DNA of 62,922 nt, counting the filler, from Stramenopiles sp. TOSAG23-3 (Eukaryota): the NCBI GenBank assembly GCA_900128585.1. It is 6 parts of 6 records of this genome, joined end to end, with 100 filler letters (N's around TTAATTAATTAA, not from the genome) between each part and the next. Parts side by side here need not be neighbours in the genome. Positions count along the whole stretch, not along the records: positions 10,521 to 20,938 come from LT642821.1; positions 21,039 to 31,454 come from LT642822.1; 4 more parts are not named here. One strand, given 5' to 3'. Both the position numbers and the translations under genes were made by a program. The notes beneath the pieces are model-generated. The model did not search any database. It was not told the DNA's origin and saw only the letters and a program-made list of their open reading frames with translations. Shown here piece after piece: positions 10,719 through 21,936 of the stretch. Numbering within the stretch: the first letter of the stretch is position 1; each line of letters begins with the position of its first letter.

Positions 10719-11498
10719 TTACGGGGAATGCCGATTCGTTTTTGTTTCGGGCTCTAAGTTTACTTCGATGGGTTCTTCGTCTTCTATTTCTGTTTGTATT
10801 TTCTCCTGTTCCACAGAGGTTGGTATATTCTCCTCTTTTGCATGGGTCGCTAATTTCCTCTCTTCCGCACGGGTTGGTATTTTCTCCTCTTCTGCGCGTG
10901 TTGGCATTTTCTCCTCTTCAGATATCTCTATCTGCGCATTTAATACCGAATCAACCTGTTCTTGTGCTTCCACGTTGACCACTGCGTGTCGGGTATTTTC
11001 TACCGGAGTGTCCTTCCGGGCAGCAACAGTGGCATCCGGTATAGGCTCCATCTCCTCTATAACAGCCTTTTTGTCATTGCGGGCTTCAACAGCAGGGCTG
11101 CCTGGTGGCATATTGCTAGTCTGCTTTCTCATCTGTTTCGCTTGCTTTAACGCCAACAGTTCCTTTTGCGAAAGAGACCGGCCCATTACTGGAGCCCTCG
11201 ATTGGATCTCCTTTTGCTTCTGCTGCCACGCAATCCACTTGTAATTAGCACCATTTGGCAACTTTTTCTTTCGTCTTCCTTGTTCTCTAATGAACTTCAG
11301 CCATGCAGCGTAGTCGACACTGTTTTTTATTCCCCCCATTTCCAATCTCAGCTTTTCTTTTTTACGGTTTCTCTCCTCGGCTGGATCTACTTCATGGTAC
11401 GCACTGTCAACACTTTCTCTATACAATTCGTCCCCAGCTTGGAATCCTTTTCCCCGTAACAACCGTTTTTGTTTTTCTAAAACCTTTGCGTGCCACAT
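10719..11498 (-). CDS. Hypothetical protein, 259 aa, with acidic 9-aa tandem repeats; possibly the last exon of a longer gene
   Basis: ATG ORF; frame stays open 20 codons upstream to a CTAAC...TTTTAG acceptor-like site near 11559-11571; EEEKMPTRA-type repeats. Confidence 0.6.
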   Translation of the reverse strand: MWHAKVLEKQKRLLRGKGFQAGDELYRESVDSAYHEVDPAEERNRKKEKLRLEMGGIKNSVDYAAWLKFIREQGRRKKKLPNGANYKWIAWQQKQKEIQSRAPVMGRSLSQKELLALKQAKQMRKQTSNMPPGSPAVEARNDKKAVIEEMEPIPDATVAARKDTPVENTRHAVVNVEAQEQVDSVLNAQIEISEEEKMPTRAEEEKIPTRAEERKLATHAKEENIPTSVEQEKIQTEIEDEEPIEVNLEPETKTNRHSP

Positions 11499-12473
11499 CG
11501 TTTCTTTTGGTACGGAGATCCAAGCTTGGTAGAACGTTACTGGTCGATCCCCTGGATTCTAAAATTGTTAGATTATGCACCAAAGTTTACAGTTCCAATC
11601 GCGAAGAGAAAAGCCGATCTGTTTCTCTCCCCGGATCTTATTGGTCACTGTTCACCAACAATAAAGTTGTTGTCGCAGGAGGAGGAGGGGCACCAGTTTT
11701 TGTATTTGATTATATTAACAACAGCAACACAACACAGGTCCGCCGTCTTGATCTCAATATATTTCTTGGAAGCTTGAAGGTGATGATGATCGGCTGGCAC
11801 AAATTTAGTGAAGGGATAGCATAGGAAATCCGTTTAACGATGCGGTAAAAAAAGAAAAAGATGAAGAGGAAAAACACCACTGCAACACAAAAGTAGAAGA
11901 AAACAAATATTGATGCTGTGTATATATATATCCAATTATAACATAGAGTTAGCATCAAAACAAAACAAAATATTTATATTCATTACAATACAATATACGT
12001 ATACTTATACAACCAACGAATGTCTATCTGAATTACCAGGTTTCGCAGGAACGTTGCACATTTGCTTTTTATTATAATTTAATTGTTATAAACTATAATA
12101 TTAATATTAATACTGCTGTGCTTATCTATTGAATTCAATACCATCTGAGATTTCTTTTTTATATTTGATCCGAATTTTATGTTGTCGTCTGTCTTTTCTC
12201 ATAAAAACGTTAAAAATGTTTCTATTGTTGTGTCTATATATTTTTTTATATTATTATATATATTATCTCAATAAACCACACAAAATAAAAAATTACAGGC
12301 TCCTCAAATACCATAAATTAATTGAGATGAAGATTGTGGTTAAATGGATTTTACAAAGGAACGATTATGGTCAATTACTATTAAACACAAGAATTTGAGA
12401 ATAAAGGACGACCTTTGGCCGAAGTAAAGGATATATATTGAACTATAGATTGTGGCGAGGTGGGTGACGAAGC

Positions 12474-15140
12474 ATGGGGGACAACTTTCTTCTGCCTTCG
12501 AGAGGAAACCATCAGCCGAATGTACGAGCTTTGTTCGAAAATAAAAGGGCAATGGCAAACCGGTACAACAATACGCATTTTGCGAAGAAAAAGAAGAAGA
12601 GGAAAGTCTCTACGAAAAGAAAACGGGGCGAACGAATCCAGGTTAGGCCACCCACACGTTCTGTAGCAGAAGGGGAGCAACTTTCTTTCATCGACTCGAA
12701 AACGCTTGAAAAGACTTTTGATCCGCACTTGGATAACGATGCAAAGCTTTGGTTTGACCAACATGTACTAAATTTATACAAAAATAGGCCCACAAAATAC
12801 CATACGAGAAAAGCCCCGACTCCACAGCCACCGTCAAGGTCAAGCCAGCGAAGGTTCCCATCACGGCAGAATGCTGAGAAACGCGATAGTAAGAGCGGAC
12901 AGAAAACATCCAACTTTGGTAGAACATTGACGGATCCAAGCGTAGTACTGGGCACGGAGAAGATTAAAAAGAAGGCAGCCCCGGCTCCAAATAGACCCGC
13001 GACGTCCCCGGTCGTACGCAAAAAACGCTCAAGTTCTGTGACAAGCAATTCCAGCACGGTCCCTAAAGAAGACCCCTTGCTGACCATTAAAATTACAAAT
13101 ATAGGGAAAATGAATGTAAAGGTCGTGGACGACATAAAGTTGAAAATTCGAGAAAAATGTATACCAGCTATTCAAAGCCAAGTCACAAAGCTTTCTAAAA
13201 AGTATAGGGAACTCCACTCCAAACGCATGTTTTTAGAAGAGCAAGTGCAAGTCGCAATAAACCAAGTAAGGGCAAATAAGCTCCCGGACAAATGGAAATC
13301 AGAATTTTGGGATGATATGACTGGTACTAAACTGACCATGGGGGCCTTGGAGGAGCAACAGAAACGAGGAGAGAGCCAAATTGAAGAGATGAAGGCAGGG
13401 AAACTTGAAGCGGAAAAGCAGTATGCGATTTACCAGAATATACTTGACAGAACGAAACGAGAATACAAGGTATTGCGGGCTAGCGTTGCGGACATAAAAG
13501 TGGAGACAAAGAATGTAGAGCGACGTATGTACCACCAAGAGGTGAAGAAAAGACAAGCCTTTGAAACAAACGCGCGAATCCAAGAACGAATAAAAGAGGA
13601 CACGGATAAATTAAAACTGCAGGCAGTGGAGCACAAAGGAGAAATAATGGCTCTGGAAACAGAGTTCCAGGAAAAGAAAGAAGTCATAAAAGATGCAATT
13701 GAAACGGACAAAAGGAGGATTCAAGTGAGCTCCAAGGCACGCGAAGCCGCAAAAGGAATATTAACGACAAAAATTAACATTGAGAAAATTGAATCGATGA
13801 AGTCAAAGTCAGTCCGTGGCTGGTTAACGGCAGTAAAAAACGAATCTCGCCCTATCCTGGAAGCTGTAAAAACGTTACAAAAAAAAGCAGGGGTGTCCGA
13901 TCCCGACGAGTTTGTAAAGCAATATTTGAATGGGGAAGAGCGCCAGCGCATACTTGCGGAAAGAATCCAAGAATTAGAGCAGTCGATTGAAGAGAAGAAA
14001 CACTCTCTGACGAATTGGAAAGGCGCACTTACAAAAATGGTAGATTCTGGCATATCAACGTCATTAAAAACAAAAGATACGGAAATTTGGGATTTGCAAG
14101 AGCATGTTGAGCATAGAAAGAGTACATGCATGTCGTTCGAAGAGCGGTGCAAGGGGATAGAGTACTTAGTGGAAGAACTTGATTACGGAATAAATGGCAT
14201 GATGACACGTTTGGGACTAAGAAAGAAAAAGAAAGAAAGGTCTGATTCAACATTGTACTTTAATGTCGCATCGGATGAAAAGCTCTTGAAAGACAGAGAC
14301 GAAGAAAATTTAAACAAAGTCCTAAAGTCAATTGACGAGGCTGGCGCTGCAAAAGCCGCCATAGCGGAAGCCCGGGCAGCCCGGGAGAAAAAACACGAGG
14401 ACATGCTAGCCATGGTCAAAGAATGGTTTGACCTGGTGACGGAAAGGAAGAGCATGTTGAGTTACTTCGTTCACACCAAGAACACCAGAATGCTAGAAAA
14501 GTATTCACGATTAATTAAGCGCTTGTCGTATACCCCCAAAGGACGCACCACTCTTAAATTTCGGGAGAGCTTAATTACCTCGATCAAGAGGTGCGGACAG
14601 CCTGTCGCAGCAAGTAGCAATTCAGCAATCAGTATGCTGCATCGTGTACTCGGTCGTCAAAAGCCATCGACGAAGAAAATTAGTCTGAAGGGTTTAATGG
14701 GAACGCGACGAAGGCTGTCAAACGCATTTAAACCAAAGAGCAAAGGAGTACAGGCCCCGGCAAAAACGGCCAAATCGGAAAACGAAGTGTTGTATGAAGA
14801 TTTTGCAGAAAAAATGCAACGCGACGGGTGGTGTGCGTCGCCTGAAAATCGCCGCGTCTCACCCGTCAAACACCGCGAAATGCTACAGGACGAAGTGGGC
14901 AACGAATTAGCCATCATATACAGCGATGAACAAAAGACCATTCTGAAGACATCGACAAAGCTGCTGCTCCACAGAAAGCTATGGGAAGCTGAAGCTTTGC
15001 AGGACCAATCTGGCATTCGCCAAGCAGAAGCAGCCTTAGATAGTCATGGGTTTAAAAGGCTGAAAAAGCCGAAAGCTAAAAAAGCGAGAGCTAACAGTAA
15101 TTTGCACAAACCGAAACGTCTTACCACGATCCAGTTTTAG
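12474..15140 (+). CDS. Coiled-coil protein resembling outer dynein arm docking complex subunit CCDC151/ODAD3, 888 aa
   Basis: Long coiled coil; 'AGVSDPDEFVKQYLNGEERQRIL' resembles the conserved GVSD..E...KF...E segment of ODA-DC proteins; family call tentative. Confidence 0.6.
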   Translation: MGDNFLLPSRGNHQPNVRALFENKRAMANRYNNTHFAKKKKKRKVSTKRKRGERIQVRPPTRSVAEGEQLSFIDSKTLEKTFDPHLDNDAKLWFDQHVLNLYKNRPTKYHTRKAPTPQPPSRSSQRRFPSRQNAEKRDSKSGQKTSNFGRTLTDPSVVLGTEKIKKKAAPAPNRPATSPVVRKKRSSSVTSNSSTVPKEDPLLTIKITNIGKMNVKVVDDIKLKIREKCIPAIQSQVTKLSKKYRELHSKRMFLEEQVQVAINQVRANKLPDKWKSEFWDDMTGTKLTMGALEEQQKRGESQIEEMKAGKLEAEKQYAIYQNILDRTKREYKVLRASVADIKVETKNVERRMYHQEVKKRQAFETNARIQERIKEDTDKLKLQAVEHKGEIMALETEFQEKKEVIKDAIETDKRRIQVSSKAREAAKGILTTKINIEKIESMKSKSVRGWLTAVKNESRPILEAVKTLQKKAGVSDPDEFVKQYLNGEERQRILAERIQELEQSIEEKKHSLTNWKGALTKMVDSGISTSLKTKDTEIWDLQEHVEHRKSTCMSFEERCKGIEYLVEELDYGINGMMTRLGLRKKKKERSDSTLYFNVASDEKLLKDRDEENLNKVLKSIDEAGAAKAAIAEARAAREKKHEDMLAMVKEWFDLVTERKSMLSYFVHTKNTRMLEKYSRLIKRLSYTPKGRTTLKFRESLITSIKRCGQPVAASSNSAISMLHRVLGRQKPSTKKISLKGLMGTRRRLSNAFKPKSKGVQAPAKTAKSENEVLYEDFAEKMQRDGWCASPENRRVSPVKHREMLQDEVGNELAIIYSDEQKTILKTSTKLLLHRKLWEAEALQDQSGIRQAEAALDSHGFKRLKKPKAKKARANSNLHKPKRLTTIQF

Positions 15141-15319
15141 TTCAAGAACAATACCTCCTCCTATTGCAGATCCTCCCCAAGTCCTGGTCAAGATACCAAT
15201 TGATTGGTTTTAAAAGTACACAGCGGCATAAATGTTTTAAAAGGGACTCGTTGTCTGTGGTACTGCTCAATGAAATAATGATCGGTAGTATTGAGTTTGA
15301 TCGTTTCGTGTTCGTAAAA

Positions 15320-15533
15320 AAACAAGAAAATTAGAAGTAATTAAAATTAGCTTCCTCATACCCTAATCCTTCGTATACACATACAGAATGTAAGTGTACC
15401 TTATGGGAATCCTAAACGGCTAGGCCGGTCAGCGATTTTCAGGGCATAGATAATAATGTTAAAAACAAAATATTAATGGCTGTCTTGAGTCTTAAAACAT
15501 ACTATAAAAAATTTGTTTTTTTTAATGGCTGTC
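15320..15533. repeat. Cluster of 3'-intergenic dispersed repeat modules between convergent genes
   Basis: 15335-15370 matches 31567-31602 at 33/36; GAGTCTTAAAACATACTA at 15487-15504; TGGCTGTC twice. Confidence 0.75.
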
Positions 15534-15536
15534 ATG

Positions 15537-17981
15537 TTACACACTTTTCTTCGCTCCTTTCTTCATAGTGATGAATGATATTGCTTTTTCAAGGTGGCGT
15601 ACCTCACGGGCTTGCACTAAATCTGTATTTCCTAACTTTGCACCAGCTTTCATCACAGAAATAAGTTCCAAGTGATTGTGCTGTTTGGCCAGTTGCATTG
15701 GGGTTTTACCGTTGCTATCTTTGACTTCTACCCACGCGCCTGCTTTCAACAGCGCGCGACATGTCCGTAAATGCCCATGGAAAGCGGCCCAGTGAAGGGG
15801 TGTTCGCCCCAAGCCGTCTTCCATGTTGGGATCTGCATCATACTCTAACAAGGCCTCCACGATTTCAGCATTGCCAACAGTTGCAGCAGTGTGAAGGGCA
15901 GTCCCACCTTTATACATGGCCTTGGCGTCAGTCGCCCCATTAGGAGCATAGCCATGCTCACCCTCACCTCCGTTGTGGGCCTTCTGTCTATCGTAACTTT
16001 CTCCATCTGTAAAATCGGGGTGGCTTTCGAGTACATTCAATTCCCTTGTTGATGGTAAATGGGAGAGGAGATGCTTCGCCATTGTGGGGGGAAAGGGGCT
16101 TGTCGCAAGGGTCTCGATAATCCGTTTCCAGCGGCCACATGTTTTCGTGGCCTCTAAAAGATCTAAGTCGTCTTCTTCGCCAGAATATTCGCGCTGCATG
16201 ATGGTGAATATGTACATCAGCACTGGGTCTGGGAGAATGGAAGAGGAATCTACGTTCGGCAGAATGTCACGCTTGAGGGTCTCCCTAAGCAGGGGGGGGT
16301 CTATCTGAGACATCAAGTGTTCACAATGGTCCGTCAAAAATGTCGTCATGCCTGCGACTATCTTTTCAATATCTTTCCCATCGCCGATTTCCATGGTGTG
16401 GAAATCGAAAAGGTCAAGGGGCTTAAGAGTCAACTGTATCGTATCCTCTACACCAATCTCCATAAACTTACCGCTATAGTCCTCGCTAAGCCCTAAATTA
16501 TCCAGCCATGCTTTGATGGGCGACTTGAGCCGAAGCTCCTCAAGCAGTTTGGTGTGCGTATTTATGCGCAAAATAGCGTTGTGAGTGTATTGTTTTGATG
16601 ATTGGTTGCCCGGTTCGGAGGATAGACTGTAAACCATTGCTTCGTGTTGTTTTGTACAGAATTCGCCCAACGATGCCATTTTGTGCGACTCTATGGAGCA
16701 TTCTTCCATGTCGTTCGCTAATGCTTCCATCACGCGCACCAAAAGGCTAGGGAGAGCGTCTCCGTGAAAGGGCGGAAAGTCCATTATTTCGTCGCATTTT
16801 TGTGTGACCTTGTTCAAGATGCGAAGCTCTTGCTCCGACTCGTTGAACAGTTCTCTCTGCACACCCAAGTCTAGCAAGTATGGGACGTACGATAGACAAA
16901 TGTTTTTGGCGCATTCCATTGCCATTTGAAAACGATTGCGCCATCTCCACAGTGGCGATCTATCGTATCGGTTTAATGGAACGTCCAGACCAAGGAATTC
17001 CGTTGGGGACGCTTCGTAAAACCAGCCTTTTATGCATTTGATAGCATCGTTATAATTACCGTCGGCCACCATTTTTTCCTTGTAGTATGTCGTCAGATGC
17101 AGCAAAAACAGGCAAATGGATTCCCTTCCGACTTTGTTCCAAGGGACGGAGGCAATGCACTTTATTGTTTGCGAAGCAATCATGATCTCTGATTGCGTGT
17201 TCCCCATATCTTCCGATTCTTCAGCCATGACGCATTCCACCAATTTCTTCCACTCCTCTGCAGCCGTCCTGAAAGTAGCCCCATGACGAGCAAAATACTT
17301 TCCTACCCGTAAATAGGATTTGTACACGGGCGCGTTCACACCACTGTCCGTAGGAAAAAGAGAGCGGACGGGGTTGTCGCTCCTGCGAAACTGCTCTTCG
17401 TTCTCACCGATTTGGACCACAGCATTTTTGACCCGTTCCAAGGCCCACTCGAACTTGGTATGCTCTTGCACCAATTTGCTGCTAATTTCATCCAGGTCAA
17501 CCCCAGTCGGTGTGGGCGGGGTCCGCTCCGCCCAGAAGGATACCGTTTCCGCGTTTTTTAGTGCGACAAGCATCGCCTTTGCGTGCTGTTTTAAATCGAT
17601 ACCGGGGAGCTTCTTCGCTGCGTCTAAACACCTTCGTACTATTTCCTTCTTTAACTGTTTATATTGTTGAAAGCCGATGGGGACAGGCTTCGAAATGTCT
17701 TTTTCCCATGGGGTAGACGTTTGGCCTTGACCCGTTGCGACCGTTGATACACAGACCAACCCAGCGACCTGGTTAAAGAGCGGAAATAGCAAATTTTGCC
17801 TGAAGATTAAATATACAATTTTCCCACTAAACTTTAAAAAAATTGCAAATGGGGTTTCATCGCACGTAAGCAGCACTATATCGTTTTCGTAGAGCGCCTT
17901 CTGGACCGATTCCCATACACCACACGAGCAGACTGCACGGGGGGGGAAAATTCTATTTTGGCTCGAACCGAAAGCCGCCAT
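15537..17981 (-). CDS. SAM domain + F-box + C-terminal ankyrin repeat protein (5' structure uncertain)
   Basis: SAM-like 'IKAWLDNLGLSEDYSGKF'; F-box 'LPDPVLMYIF...DLLEATKTCGRWKRI'; ankyrins 'GGTALHTAA', 'GRTPLHWAA', 'GKTPMQLA'. Confidence 0.8.
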   Translation of the reverse strand: MAAFGSSQNRIFPPRAVCSCGVWESVQKALYENDIVLLTCDETPFAIFLKFSGKIVYLIFRQNLLFPLFNQVAGLVCVSTVATGQGQTSTPWEKDISKPVPIGFQQYKQLKKEIVRRCLDAAKKLPGIDLKQHAKAMLVALKNAETVSFWAERTPPTPTGVDLDEISSKLVQEHTKFEWALERVKNAVVQIGENEEQFRRSDNPVRSLFPTDSGVNAPVYKSYLRVGKYFARHGATFRTAAEEWKKLVECVMAEESEDMGNTQSEIMIASQTIKCIASVPWNKVGRESICLFLLHLTTYYKEKMVADGNYNDAIKCIKGWFYEASPTEFLGLDVPLNRYDRSPLWRWRNRFQMAMECAKNICLSYVPYLLDLGVQRELFNESEQELRILNKVTQKCDEIMDFPPFHGDALPSLLVRVMEALANDMEECSIESHKMASLGEFCTKQHEAMVYSLSSEPGNQSSKQYTHNAILRINTHTKLLEELRLKSPIKAWLDNLGLSEDYSGKFMEIGVEDTIQLTLKPLDLFDFHTMEIGDGKDIEKIVAGMTTFLTDHCEHLMSQIDPPLLRETLKRDILPNVDSSSILPDPVLMYIFTIMQREYSGEEDDLDLLEATKTCGRWKRIIETLATSPFPPTMAKHLLSHLPSTRELNVLESHPDFTDGESYDRQKAHNGGEGEHGYAPNGATDAKAMYKGGTALHTAATVGNAEIVEALLEYDADPNMEDGLGRTPLHWAAFHGHLRTCRALLKAGAWVEVKDSNGKTPMQLAKQHNHLELISVMKAGAKLGNTDLVQAREVRHLEKAISFITMKKGAKKSV

Positions 17982-18159
17982 GGATAGGTCTCGGCTCGTG
18001 ACCTTACGATTTGAATAAAACAAAATGGGGGTTCACTTCTTTAGTTGGCAACAATCGGTACAGGCATACAAATAAAATAAACACAACGCAGATGAAGAGC
18101 ATGAAATAATTTACAATTCAAAATATGTATGAGAAACAAAAAATACAAAAAATATCTTC

Positions 18160-18296
18160 TTTTCTTCCTTCTTTCTTCCTCCACCACTTCTTTTTTTTTT
18201 CTTCTTCTTCTTCTTCTTCTCTTTTTTTTTTTCTTCTTTCTTTCTTCTCTTTCTTCTTCTTGCTTCTTCTTCTTTTTCATTCTTCTTCTTCTCTCT
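18160..18296. repeat. TTC-rich pyrimidine tract upstream of the ankyrin gene
   Basis: Imperfect (TTC)n array. Confidence 0.9.
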
Positions 18297-18642
18297 AATA
18301 AATTGCCTGCAAACAGTATTATACCGTAGTATAATAATATCGCTCTGCTGCTGCTGAGGACAAAAATCGCCCACCAATCCTATAGACTATGTATAAATAA
18401 AAAAAAAGAAGTAAGAAGAGGAGAAGAAAATACCTCCTTTGATGATAACATATTGTTGTAAAAACAAAACATTGGCTGTTATTTATATGTTAAATTTACA
18501 ATCCTGGATATGAGATATAAACCAGAAAGTATGAAGACACAGCAAGATCATTTTCAAACAAAATCTAATTTAATCCTTACACCCTTGCGACAAAATTTAA
18601 TAATATATTATGATAGTGATAACAATCGCCGCACCTGACGCT

Positions 18643-19587
18643 CTAGGCTTTATTTTCACTAACACCATCGCCCCCATCTCCGCCCTCTGCCTGTCCAGCT
18701 ACTTCCCCAGCATCCACTATTTCCTTGAAGAACGGGTGAGACAAGGCCTCTTTCGCAGAAATGCGTTTGTTGGGGTCGTACTGCAACAAACGGCTGGCTA
18801 AATCCAGCATAACGGGTGTCATGCTGGGCATCAGAGCTGCTAGGCCGCCTTCCACCGGCGGGTATACAGCAAAGTTCGGGTTATATTCTGGCAACTCCAC
18901 AACTCCGGGGTAGATCTCCGGCGTGGGGGTTCCTAACGCTTTAAAAATACGCTCCAATTGGTTCGACTCAGACGTACCAGGGAAGAGAGGGCGCCCATTT
19001 GACATTTCTGCAAAGATGCAGCCAATGCTCCACATATCTACGGGCGTGGAGTAGCGGCGAGACCCCATCAACACGTCGGGCGCACGGTACCACAAAGTTA
19101 CGACCTCGTGCGTATAGCTTCGGACCGGGATCCCGAAGGCCCTTGCCAAACCAAAGTCTGCCAGTTTGAGTTCACCTTCCCGGTTGATCAACAAGTTCTG
19201 CGGCTTTAAATCGCGGTGCAGAACCCTGTGGTGGTGGCAAAATGCGACACCTTTGATCAGTTGGTACAAAAAACTGCGTACTGTGTTCTGGTCCAGACCA
19301 CCGTCGCAGACGTCCAGGTATTTCTTCAAATCCTGGTCCAAGTACTCGAAGACCAAGGTAAGCTTCTTCTCGGTGTGGACGACGTCGCACAATCTAACAA
19401 TATTTTCATGCTGCAACTCCTTGAGCAAGGAGATCTCCCGTATCGCCGTGCTCGGAATCCCTTCATCTTCCGCTTCTAGACGAATCTTCTTCAAAGCAAG
19501 AATTTCACCTGTCACACGGTCCTTGGCCTTGTACACGACACCGTACGTGCCCTCCCCTATCTTTTCAAGCTTCATGTAACGCTCCAT
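18643..19587 (-). CDS. CDKA: Cyclin-dependent kinase, PSTAIRE type (CDKA/cdc2), 314 aa
   Basis: [30 protein letters not shown], '[12 protein letters not shown]'. Confidence 0.96.
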   Translation of the reverse strand: MERYMKLEKIGEGTYGVVYKAKDRVTGEILALKKIRLEAEDEGIPSTAIREISLLKELQHENIVRLCDVVHTEKKLTLVFEYLDQDLKKYLDVCDGGLDQNTVRSFLYQLIKGVAFCHHHRVLHRDLKPQNLLINREGELKLADFGLARAFGIPVRSYTHEVVTLWYRAPDVLMGSRRYSTPVDMWSIGCIFAEMSNGRPLFPGTSESNQLERIFKALGTPTPEIYPGVVELPEYNPNFAVYPPVEGGLAALMPSMTPVMLDLASRLLQYDPNKRISAKEALSHPFFKEIVDAGEVAGQAEGGDGGDGVSENKA

Positions 19588-19999
19588 CTTTTGTAGCGAA
19601 CGTCACTGAAAAACAACAGGTGCTGGAAAATAGGTATTCCCGTCTACACTCTGGTATCGTTCCTTTTGTCTGCCTTTGACTTTTGCCTTGTGTTAGCCAA
19701 ACACTTCCTTCTTTCTTCTCAGGATCGATTAATGCAATTCTTCATTTGACACTTCTTCATTCATGACTATCGTATTTAATTATTGGTAGTTCGTATACAT
19801 GTAGTTATTATTTTATTATTATTAGTGTGTCTTTTTCTTCTTCTTCTTCTATCTTCTTCTACTCACTTTTTTTTATTAAAAAATAATAATAGCTAATAAT
19901 AATTATTTTATTATTATTCATTATTTTTGATGATTGATCGATGATCGATTTTGTTTTGTTGTTGTTGATGATGAGGATGATAAAATTAATTAATTAAAG

Positions 20000-20164
20000 A
20001 GAAGAAGAAGAAGAAGAAAAAGAAGAAGAATTAAAAGAAGAAAGAAGAAGAAGAAGAAGAAGAAGAAAGAAGAAGAAAGAAGAAGAAAGAAGAATTAAAA
20101 GAATTAAAAGAAGAAGAAAAAAGAAGAAGAAGAAGAAGGGATGGGATGGATGGATGGATGGATG
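20000..20164. repeat. GAA-rich tract followed by (GGAT)n
   Basis: Read directly; upstream of CDKA. Confidence 0.88.
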
Positions 20165-20674
20165 TCCCTTTCTATTGTTGGTTGTGGCTAGAAACTTTTA
20201 ATTTCTTTGATCTCTCCCTATTTCTATTTCCCTTTTAATTTTTTAAAAAAGGGGCTGTCTGTATTTAGGTTAGGACTAGAGAGATACGAAAGAAACCATT
20301 TTAAATTAAGGTTTATACTATTCATAATGTAAATAAATAGTAAAGCGATAACAACGTAATTAGCACATTACGTATTCCAAACATTTATTATTAATTATGA
20401 ATAAGTTTCTCTCTTCAGCTTCTCTCTCCAGGAATAGGGGCATAATATAATAAATAATTGTGTACATTGGGATGGGACCCTTACCTTATTTATATAACTG
20501 ACCTTCTCCTTCTTCTACTTTTTTATTTTTAATAATAATAATAAAATATAATCTAAATATATTTGAATAAATTCGTCTCTTCTTCTAGTTTAAAAAGTCA
20601 TAATCTAAAATGTACTACGTATTATACAGTAATGTAATAAACACAAAATAGGATTTCATAATAATTTCTTTGTA

Positions 20675-20714
20675 AGTAAGTGAGTAGTGAGTAGTGAGTG
20701 AGTGAGTGAGTGAG
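20675..20714. repeat. (GTGA/GTAA)n tetranucleotide microsatellite
   Basis: Read directly. Confidence 0.85.
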
Positions 20715-20938
20715 AAAAATAAGTATTTCTCTTACTTCTTTCTTAGCTATTTTATTATTATAATTACTCCTACTGTGTATTTATACTACGTAGTCAGTCG
20801 TCTTGCAATTAGTTGCTAGTACCAAGTACAACTTTTGTCTCTGGGTATTCAATGTAATTATTTTTATACGCTGTATATAGCTACGTGTACAGGTATTATA
20901 CCAGGTACCAAGAGGCTGATGAATTGTTCTCTCTACTA

Positions 20939-21038
20939 NNNNNNNNNNNNNNNNNNNNNNNNNNNNNNNNNNNNNNNNNNNNTTAATTAATTAANNNNNN
21001 NNNNNNNNNNNNNNNNNNNNNNNNNNNNNNNNNNNNNN
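20939..21038. other. Artificial contig linker
   Basis: N44-TTAATTAATTAA-N44. Confidence 0.99.
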
Positions 21039-21936
21039 GGAAGGATATATTTTAATTAGTGAGAAATATGAATGTTGAAAGGGCCGACACCTTAATTATA
21101 ACAAAAGGTAAATTTTTCTTTCATTTAGGCGACTATTAAATCAGATATCGGTGGTATGTACCTGTTAATATTTATAAATATAAATAAAACTTAGCAAAGT
21201 TGGTAAAAGACGACCGAAGTTATTTTATTATAAATTTAAAGATAACAATGTTCATGATGTAGGAATATAGTGTGTTTATAACTAAAAATGCAACCGAAAA
21301 GTATTTTGGGTGGACTCATTCAAAATGGTGATTTGTATCAAATTGAACCATCTATCTAAAAAAGAACCTTCATTTTTTTATCAATAATTCGTAAGAAAAT
21401 GATAGGGGGATTATTATACAATACAACATAAATATACTTGAAGAAAGAAGAAATTTCACTTCGATAGTTTTCGTTTCTCAATAGAGCTACACAGCATTAT
21501 AATCCTCTTTTTCTTCGCATCAATCATCATCATCCATCATCGTCAGCACTTCAAAAAAAACACCACACAGCACTTCTTCTACATCCCTTCTTCCTTCCTC
21601 CCTTCTTCCTTCTTCTTCTTCTTCTTCTTCTTTTTTTAATTATTAATTATTCTCTTACTTAATAATACCGTAATAATAAAAAACAAGAAAAAACCCACCC
21701 ACACCCAGCTTTTTCAAAGAAGGTTGGCTTGTGTTTGCCAAATACCAGATACAAATAATAGTAAAGATTTCATGAAAAACAAAGAAATAGAAAACTATTC
21801 CATATTCAACAAACTCCTAAAAACTTCCTACAATTCAGCGAAGACGCGCCACTAAACACTAACCTCGAAGATAGACAAGCGACAAGTAATTACGAATTAC
21901 CGAATCAGTGAGAAAACATCAACGGGTCGGACCACC

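Noticed and set aside
21039..21480. Coding-like texture at the start of contig 3 (possible pseudogene)
   Set aside because: No ORF of 60 aa or more and no recognisable motif.
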